A DNA stretch of 51,070 bases from Elusimicrobiota bacterium (GTDB taxonomy: Bacteria; Elusimicrobiota; Elusimicrobia; UBA1565): NCBI GenBank assembly GCA_043819795.1, contig JBDREN010000103.1, positions 1 through 51,070 of the forward strand. Reading direction: 5' to 3'. The first letter of the stretch is position 1. Each line of letters starts with the position of its first letter. The notes beneath the pieces are model-generated. The model searched no databases. It was given only the letters and a program-made list of their open reading frames with translations, and was not told the origin of the DNA. Below, in pieces: positions 45,521 through 51,070 of this stretch. A program made the position numbers and the translations under genes.

Positions 45521-46275
45521 GCATGAAAGGAAAGAAGGTGGTCGCGGTCCTGCCGGCGTACAACGCCGAGACGACGCTGGAGCAGACGGTCGCCGCCATC
45601 CCGATGGACATCGTCGACGAGATCGTGCTGGTCGACGACTGCTCCAAAGACGGGACGGCCGCGTTGTCGCGCAAGCTGGGCCTGGCGACGGTCGTCCATG
45701 AGCGCAACCTCGGCTACGGGGGCAATCAGAAGACTTGCTACCGCGAGGCGCTCAAGCGCGGCGCCGGGATCGTGATCATGATCCATCCCGACTATCAGTA
45801 CGACCCGCGGCTGACGCCGTACCTGGCGGGGCTCGTCGCCGACGGCGTCTGCGACGTGGTCCTCGGCAACCGCATCCGCACGCGCTGGGAGGCCCTCGAG
45901 GGCGGCATGCCGGTCTGGAAGTATTTCTTCAACCGGCTGATGAGCGGCGTCGAGAACTCCTGGACCGGCCAGAACCTCGGCGAGTGGCACTCGGGCCTGC
46001 GCGCCTACTCGCGCGAGGCGCTCGAGACGGTGCCCTGGGAGCTTAACTCCGACGACTTTGTCTTCGACCAGCAGTTCCTCCACCAGGTGGCGGCGATGCG
46101 CTTCCGCCTCGGCGACATCCCCGTGGCGGCGCGCTATTTCCCCGAGGCCTCCTCGATCAACTTCCGGAGGAGCCTCGTCTACGGGCTTTCGACGCTGGGG
46201 GTCATGTTCTGGGTCCTGCTCGCGCGCCTCGGCCTGTGGCGGCACCCCATCCTGAGGCCGCGCGAAAGGAAATGA
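45517..46275 (+). CDS. GT2 glycosyltransferase, DPM1-like
   Basis: 'VLPAYNAE', 'VDDCSKD', 'NLGYGGNQKT', 'HPDYQYDP', 'EWHSGLRAY', 'YFPEASSINF'. Confidence 0.9.
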   Translation: MSMKGKKVVAVLPAYNAETTLEQTVAAIPMDIVDEIVLVDDCSKDGTAALSRKLGLATVVHERNLGYGGNQKTCYREALKRGAGIVIMIHPDYQYDPRLTPYLAGLVADGVCDVVLGNRIRTRWEALEGGMPVWKYFFNRLMSGVENSWTGQNLGEWHSGLRAYSREALETVPWELNSDDFVFDQQFLHQVAAMRFRLGDIPVAARYFPEASSINFRRSLVYGLSTLGVMFWVLLARLGLWRHPILRPRERK

Positions 46276-48293
46276 GGCGGTGCTGGCCGGCCTGGTTCGC
46301 CGGACTCCTCGCGCTCTTCGCCGTTCATGCGGCGCTGCAGCACTTCAGCGGGGCCTTGTGGGCCGGCGCGGTCTCCTCGGCGCTGCTGGCCGTCGTCGCC
46401 CTGGCGGCCGCCGGCTGCGGGCGGACGCTCCTGCGTCTTTTCGGCATTCGGGGGGCGAGGGAGTCGGAGAAGACGCTCGTCGGCGCGACCCTCGGCCTGG
46501 GAGCGCTGAGCCAGGGCGTACTCCTGCTCGGGGCGCTAGGCTGGCTGCGCACCGGGACCGCGTTGGCGCTTATCGGCGCGTTTTGGGTCGCGGGGTCCGG
46601 AGAGATGCGCGGCGCGCTGGCCTCGCTTGGCGCCGACCGCCGGGTCTTGCGGGAGCGGCCGCTCTTGGCCGGAGGCGTGCTGGCGTTGCTCGGCCTGACC
46701 CTCTGGCTCGCCTGGGTCCCGCCCCATCAATACGATTCGCTCGTCTATCACATGCCGCTGGCCCAGGCCTACGCCCGCGAGGGACGCATCGTCGTCCTGC
46801 CGGAGCTGCTTTTCTCGCATTTCCCGCAGAACGGCGAGATGCTCTACGCGCTGGCCCTGCTGCTCGGCTCGGACCTGCTCGCCCAGATGTTCACCTGGCT
46901 AGGCACCTTTCTGAGCGTTTGGTGGCTGCTCGAGGCGGGCAAGCGGGAGCTGCCGGTCGCCGCGGTCCTGCTGGCGTGCCTGTTGACGGTCAGCCATACC
47001 GCGGTCCTTCTGTTGACGCCGACGACCTACGTCGAGTGCCTTGTGATGCTCTGGGTCACGGCCTCGGTGCTCTCTTTCCTGCGCTGGCGCGCGGGCTCGA
47101 ACGGTGCCGTGACGCCGCGCGGCTGGCTGGCCCTGTCGGGGATATTCGCCGGTCTCGGGCTGGGGACGAAGTACTACGCGGGCATCTGCCCGGCCGTGCT
47201 CGGGCTCGCGCTGCTGGGGCGATGGATCGCGGCGCGTCCTCTCGGGCGCGGACCCCGCGGGGCCTCGGCCCCGGTCCGCCTCAAGGACGGGCTCGTGTTC
47301 TTCGCGGCCGCCTTCGCCGCCGGGGCGCCCTGGCTGATCAAGAACGCCGTCACGGTCGGCAACCCGGTGTTCCCCTTCCTCTACCGCTTGTTCCCCATGC
47401 GGGGCGTGGACTGGGCGGGGAACGCGGTCTCGGCGAGCCGGTACTTCGAGGTCCTGACGGAGTACGGGCACGTCAAAGGGCAGTTCCTGAAAGACCTTCT
47501 GCAGTTTCCGTACCTGGCGGCCGCGGGCTCGACGCGGTTCGGCGGAGGCGCGGACGTCCTCGGCAGTTTCGGCTGGGGGCTTCTCTTCGCGGCCGTGCCC
47601 CTGGCGGTCTGGGCGGCCTGGAGCAAGAGGACCCTGCGCTGGATCTGCCTGTACTGCGCGGCCCACTGGGCGGTCTGGTTCTGCACGGGGGTCGTGCTCC
47701 GCTTCCTCGTCGTGCTGGTGCCGCTCGCGTCGTTGCTCGCCGCCGCGGGCCTGCACCGGCTGTGGGGCCGCCTGGGGGGTCCGGGACGGGGACTGCTGGC
47801 CGTCGGGGTGGCGGTCTGCCTGTGGACGAACCTGGCCCTTTTCCTCTACGTGAATATCGCCGTCGACAGCTTTCCCCTGCTTCTGGGAGCCGTGGGCCGG
47901 CATGAGTTCCTGAGCCGGAAGTTCGATTACTATCCCTGCGCGGCCCACGCCCGGGACACGCTGCCGAAAAATGATAAGATTCTCGTCGTCGGCGAGCAGC
48001 GCGGCTACTACGTGCGGCAGCCGCACGTCGTCACCACGCCGATGGCCCCGAACCGCTTCGTGATCATGGCGAACGCGGCCGAAACCCCGGCGGACTTGGC
48101 CCGCCGCCTCCGTGAAGAGGGGGGTTTCCGCTACGTGCTCTTGGTTCCGCGGGAAGGGCGGCGTCTGGGCGAGGAGTACGGGGTGTTCCACTTCACTGAA
48201 CGCGGCTATGAGAATTGGGCCGGGCTGGAGTCCGGCCTGCTCGAGACGGTATTCGAGGATCCCGGGCGCTGCGTCCTCGCCGAGGTCCGATAG
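46272..48293 (+). CDS. Large GT-C-type membrane glycosyltransferase
   Basis: 'PPHQYDSLVYHMP', 'FPQNGEML', 'GTKY', 'PWLIKN...GNPVFP', 'RFL'; about 13 TMs. ATGA overlap. Confidence 0.72.
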   Translation: MRRCWPAWFAGLLALFAVHAALQHFSGALWAGAVSSALLAVVALAAAGCGRTLLRLFGIRGARESEKTLVGATLGLGALSQGVLLLGALGWLRTGTALALIGAFWVAGSGEMRGALASLGADRRVLRERPLLAGGVLALLGLTLWLAWVPPHQYDSLVYHMPLAQAYAREGRIVVLPELLFSHFPQNGEMLYALALLLGSDLLAQMFTWLGTFLSVWWLLEAGKRELPVAAVLLACLLTVSHTAVLLLTPTTYVECLVMLWVTASVLSFLRWRAGSNGAVTPRGWLALSGIFAGLGLGTKYYAGICPAVLGLALLGRWIAARPLGRGPRGASAPVRLKDGLVFFAAAFAAGAPWLIKNAVTVGNPVFPFLYRLFPMRGVDWAGNAVSASRYFEVLTEYGHVKGQFLKDLLQFPYLAAAGSTRFGGGADVLGSFGWGLLFAAVPLAVWAAWSKRTLRWICLYCAAHWAVWFCTGVVLRFLVVLVPLASLLAAAGLHRLWGRLGGPGRGLLAVGVAVCLWTNLALFLYVNIAVDSFPLLLGAVGRHEFLSRKFDYYPCAAHARDTLPKNDKILVVGEQRGYYVRQPHVVTTPMAPNRFVIMANAAETPADLARRLREEGGFRYVLLVPREGRRLGEEYGVFHFTERGYENWAGLESGLLETVFEDPGRCVLAEVR

Positions 48294-48295
48294 GC

Positions 48296-49333
48296 GTGGC
48301 CCTGACCCACATCGAGCTCTACGCGGCCGCGGTCCTCGTCGCCTTCGCGCTTTCGGCGGGGACGACCCCGCTGGTCCGGCTGCTGGCTCTGAAAATGGGA
48401 TGGCTCGACTCTCCCGGGAGCGCCGTGAAGACCCATGAGGTCGCGACGCCGGCGCTCGGCGGGATCGCCATCTGGATCGGCTTCGCGGGCGCGCTCGTCG
48501 CGATGCGCTTCCTCACGAACTTCCCGACCGGCACTCTTTTCCGCCTGCGCGCCCTGCTGGCGGGCGGCGCGTTCGTCTTCCTGCTCGGGATCGTGGACGA
48601 CCTGCGCAAGCCCGACGGCCTCGATTGGAAAGTGAAGATGGCGGCGCAGGTCGCGGCCGCGGCGCTTCTCATCTACTTCGGCATCCAGATCCGCTTCATC
48701 TCTCCCAGCTACTTGGCCGTGGCGCTGACTCTACTGTGGGTGGTGGGCATCTGCAACGCCTTCAATATCGTCGATATCATGGACGGGCTCGCGGCCAGCC
48801 AGGCGGCGGTGGCGGCCGTGGCCTTCCTTCTTGTAGGCCTGCCATCCGAGGACATTTACGTGAACTTCGGGGCGGCCGCGCTGATGGGCGCCGCGCTCGG
48901 GTTCCTCCCCTGGAACTTCTCGAGTCGGTATAAGATCTTTATGGGGGATTCCGGCTCGTTGCTGATGGGCTTCGTGCTGGCCGGGCTCGCCCTCGGCACC
49001 GACTACACCCAGGTAAACCCGCTCGGCGTCTACGCCCCGCTGTTCATCCTGGCCGTTCCCATGTTCGATACCCTTTATGTCATGGTGATCCGCATGACGA
49101 GGGGCCGTTCGCCCTTCCGCGGCTCCAAGGACCATTTCGCGCTCAGGCTCGAGCGGATGGGCTTATCGCGGCCCCGGATCGTCGGATTCAGCCTGGTCGC
49201 GTCCGCATTCCTTTCGGTGTGCGGCCTGCTGGTGACGCTGGTCAGCACGGCGTGGGCGGTGTGGATCTACGGCATCGTGGGCTCCTGGGTCCTCCTGCTG
49301 GCCTGGCATCTCACGAAGGTGGACATGGGATGA
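48296..49333 (+). CDS. WecA/MraY-family undecaprenyl-phosphate HexNAc-1-phosphate transferase
   Basis: 'KTHEVATPALGGIA', 'GIVDD', 'NAFNIVDIMDGL', 'FLPWNF...IFMGDSGS', 'PMFDT', 'DHF..RL'. Confidence 0.88.
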   Translation: MALTHIELYAAAVLVAFALSAGTTPLVRLLALKMGWLDSPGSAVKTHEVATPALGGIAIWIGFAGALVAMRFLTNFPTGTLFRLRALLAGGAFVFLLGIVDDLRKPDGLDWKVKMAAQVAAAALLIYFGIQIRFISPSYLAVALTLLWVVGICNAFNIVDIMDGLAASQAAVAAVAFLLVGLPSEDIYVNFGAAALMGAALGFLPWNFSSRYKIFMGDSGSLLMGFVLAGLALGTDYTQVNPLGVYAPLFILAVPMFDTLYVMVIRMTRGRSPFRGSKDHFALRLERMGLSRPRIVGFSLVASAFLSVCGLLVTLVSTAWAVWIYGIVGSWVLLLAWHLTKVDMG

Positions 49334-50691
49334 TTTCGACCGACGTCCTGATCCTCGGGGGCGGGCTCGCCGGACTCTCGACGGCCTATCACCTGGACCG
49401 CCTCGGGCGGCGGAGGCTTCGCCACCTCGTCGTCGAGAAGGACGGCCGGGTCGGCGGCCGCGCCGGGTCGGTGGCGAAGGATGGGTTCCTCTTCGACTAT
49501 ACGGGGCACCTGCTCCACCTGCACGACCCCTACGGCAAGCGGCTTATCACGAGCCTCCTGCGCGGCAACCTCGCCGTCCATGAGCGCTCGAGCTGGATCC
49601 ATTCGCATGGCAGGTTCACGCGCTATCCGTTCCAGGCCAACACCTACGGCTTGCCTCCGCGCGTCGTGGCGGAGTGCGTGGCCGGCTTTATGAAGAACGT
49701 CCATCGCCCCCCGAAGCTCGGGAGCCGGCCCTCGTTCGAGGCTTGGTGCCTGAATACCTTCGGCGAGGGGATCTCCAAACACTTCATGATCCCCTTCAAC
49801 CGCAAGCTCTGGCTCACCCGGCTCGGGGATCTGACCACCGAGTGGCAGGGGCGTTTCCTGCCGCGGCCCACTCCCGAGGAGGTTCTCTACGGGGCGCTGG
49901 TCGACCAGAAGAAGTTCTTCGGCTACAACGCGTACTTCCGCTATCCGCTGCGCGGGGCCTCACAGGCCTTGCCCGACGCGCTGGCCGCGCGCGTCGGGAC
50001 GGTGCGGCTCGGCAGCCGCGTCACGCGCGTGGACCTCGCCCAACGGGTGGCCGTGGTCGAGGGGCTCGGCGAGGTGCGCTACGAGCGGCTCGTCAACACC
50101 ATGCCGCTTGTGGATTTTCTGGACATGGCCGGCCCGCTGCCCGCCGCGGTCCGCTCCGCGCGCCGGCAGCTGCGCCACATCACGGTCTACAATCTCAACA
50201 TCGGCATCAAGCGGGCGAACGTGTCGGACAAGCACTGGATCTACTTCCCCGAGAAGCGCTTCGTCTTTTACCGGGCGGGGTTCACGAGCAATTTTTCGAG
50301 ATACGTCGCGCCCAAAGGGACCTCGTCGATGTACATCGAGGTGTCGCGGCGCCCGGGCCAGAAGGTCGACCTGGACCGCCTGGAGCGCCAGTGTCTCGAT
50401 GGTCTGCGCGCCTGCGGCATCCTAAAGGCTTCCGACCGGCTCGCGTCCCGGGTCTGGATGCCGATCGAGTGCGCCTACGTCGTCTACGACCGCCGGCGCA
50501 CGCCGGGGGTCGGCAGGATCCTGCCGTTCTTGTCCCGGAAGGGGGTCTCGTCCATCGGCCGCTGGGGCGGCTGGAAGTACTCCTTCATGGAGGAGACGGT
50601 CCTCGACGGCAAGCGCTGCGCCGAGCGCCTGCTCGGCGTCAAAGAGGAGCCGGAGAGCGCCCCCCAGAGACCCCTGACGCCCCTGAAGTGA
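49330..50691 (+). CDS. FAD-dependent oxidoreductase, protoporphyrinogen-oxidase / UDP-galactopyranose-mutase-like
   Basis: 'ILGGGLAGLS', 'EKDGRVGG', 'FDYTGHLLH', 'YPFQ', 'PFNRKLW', 'FRYP', 'GRWGGWKY'. ATGA overlap. Confidence 0.75.
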   Translation: MISTDVLILGGGLAGLSTAYHLDRLGRRRLRHLVVEKDGRVGGRAGSVAKDGFLFDYTGHLLHLHDPYGKRLITSLLRGNLAVHERSSWIHSHGRFTRYPFQANTYGLPPRVVAECVAGFMKNVHRPPKLGSRPSFEAWCLNTFGEGISKHFMIPFNRKLWLTRLGDLTTEWQGRFLPRPTPEEVLYGALVDQKKFFGYNAYFRYPLRGASQALPDALAARVGTVRLGSRVTRVDLAQRVAVVEGLGEVRYERLVNTMPLVDFLDMAGPLPAAVRSARRQLRHITVYNLNIGIKRANVSDKHWIYFPEKRFVFYRAGFTSNFSRYVAPKGTSSMYIEVSRRPGQKVDLDRLERQCLDGLRACGILKASDRLASRVWMPIECAYVVYDRRRTPGVGRILPFLSRKGVSSIGRWGGWKYSFMEETVLDGKRCAERLLGVKEEPESAPQRPLTPLK

Positions 50692-50712
50692 GCGGCCTAG
50701 TCGGCGGGCCCC

Positions 50713-51070
50713 ATGTCAGCAGTCCCCCCGCGGGGGGCTGCTCAAGCAGGGGGGCTCCCCTCGACCTATCCTCTGACACACGGCACGACATCTACCCCCC
50801 TCCCAACCCCCGCTTCCCCCCCCAGGGGGAGGGAAGCGAGCATCCTCCCCGTGGGGATGTCAGCGGTCCCCCCGCGGGGGACTGCTCCAGTCGGGGGATT
50901 ACTCTTCAAGCTATTCACTGATGCACGGCACGACATCTGCCCCCCTCCTGCTTCCGCGTCCCTCCCCGTGGGGATGTCAGCGGTCCCCCCGCGGGGGACT
51001 GCTCCAGTCGGGGGATTACTCTTCAAGCTATTCACTGATGCACGGCACGACATCTGCCCCCCTCCTGCTT
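50713..51070. repeat. 117-bp tandem palindromic repeat (REP/MITE-like): one degenerate copy plus two matching copies, running off the window end
   Basis: Unit starts CCTCCCCGTGGGGATGTCAGCGGTCCCCCCGCGGGGGACTGC... at 50844 and 50961. A diverged copy starts at 50713. Internal hairpin GTCCCCC-CGC-GGGGGAC; GATGTC...GACATC inverted ends. Confidence 0.92.

Noticed and set aside
50766..51053. 95-aa minus-strand ORF with an internal repeat
   Set aside because: It is a translation of the 117-bp DNA repeat (a multiple of 3), with no sign of coding function.
1..51070. tRNA/rRNA genes, transposases, phage or defence genes; taxonomic assignment
   Set aside because: None recognised, and nearly all sequence is explained by glycan CDSs. 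No marker gene supports naming a taxon.

Overview
A very GC-rich window that is almost entirely one cell-surface glycan / protein-glycosylation locus from a diderm bacterium (it encodes a secretin). It begins with the 3' part of a PilQ-like secretin, followed 3 bp later by an O-antigen-ligase/O-oligosaccharyltransferase-like TPR protein. About 40 glycan genes follow in seven alternating strand blocks. They include eight more GT-C-type membrane glycosyltransferases, five small DPM1/ArnC-like GT2s, three GT4s, one larger GT2, two kinds of flippase, a WecA/MraY-family enzyme, four methyltransferases, AsnB, WecB and a complete GDP-heptose pathway (hddC-gmhB-hddA-gmhA). There is also a gmd cassette whose DegT-family enzyme has His instead of the catalytic Lys (ColD-type 3-dehydratase) and whose Fcl-like enzyme lacks the epimerase Cys. 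Other points of interest: a translationally coupled trio (85-aa YIDPGSGS protein, kinase-like/methyltransferase fusion, membrane Thr-type alkaline-phosphatase-superfamily protein), and five intergenic hairpin-containing tandem duplications (57, 46, 54, 53, 117 bp), two of which form short ORFs coupled to both neighbouring genes. No RNA genes, transposases or CRISPR arrays were seen. Calls come from reading motifs by eye, with no database search. Many starts were moved from the ORF track to start codons that overlap the upstream stop.
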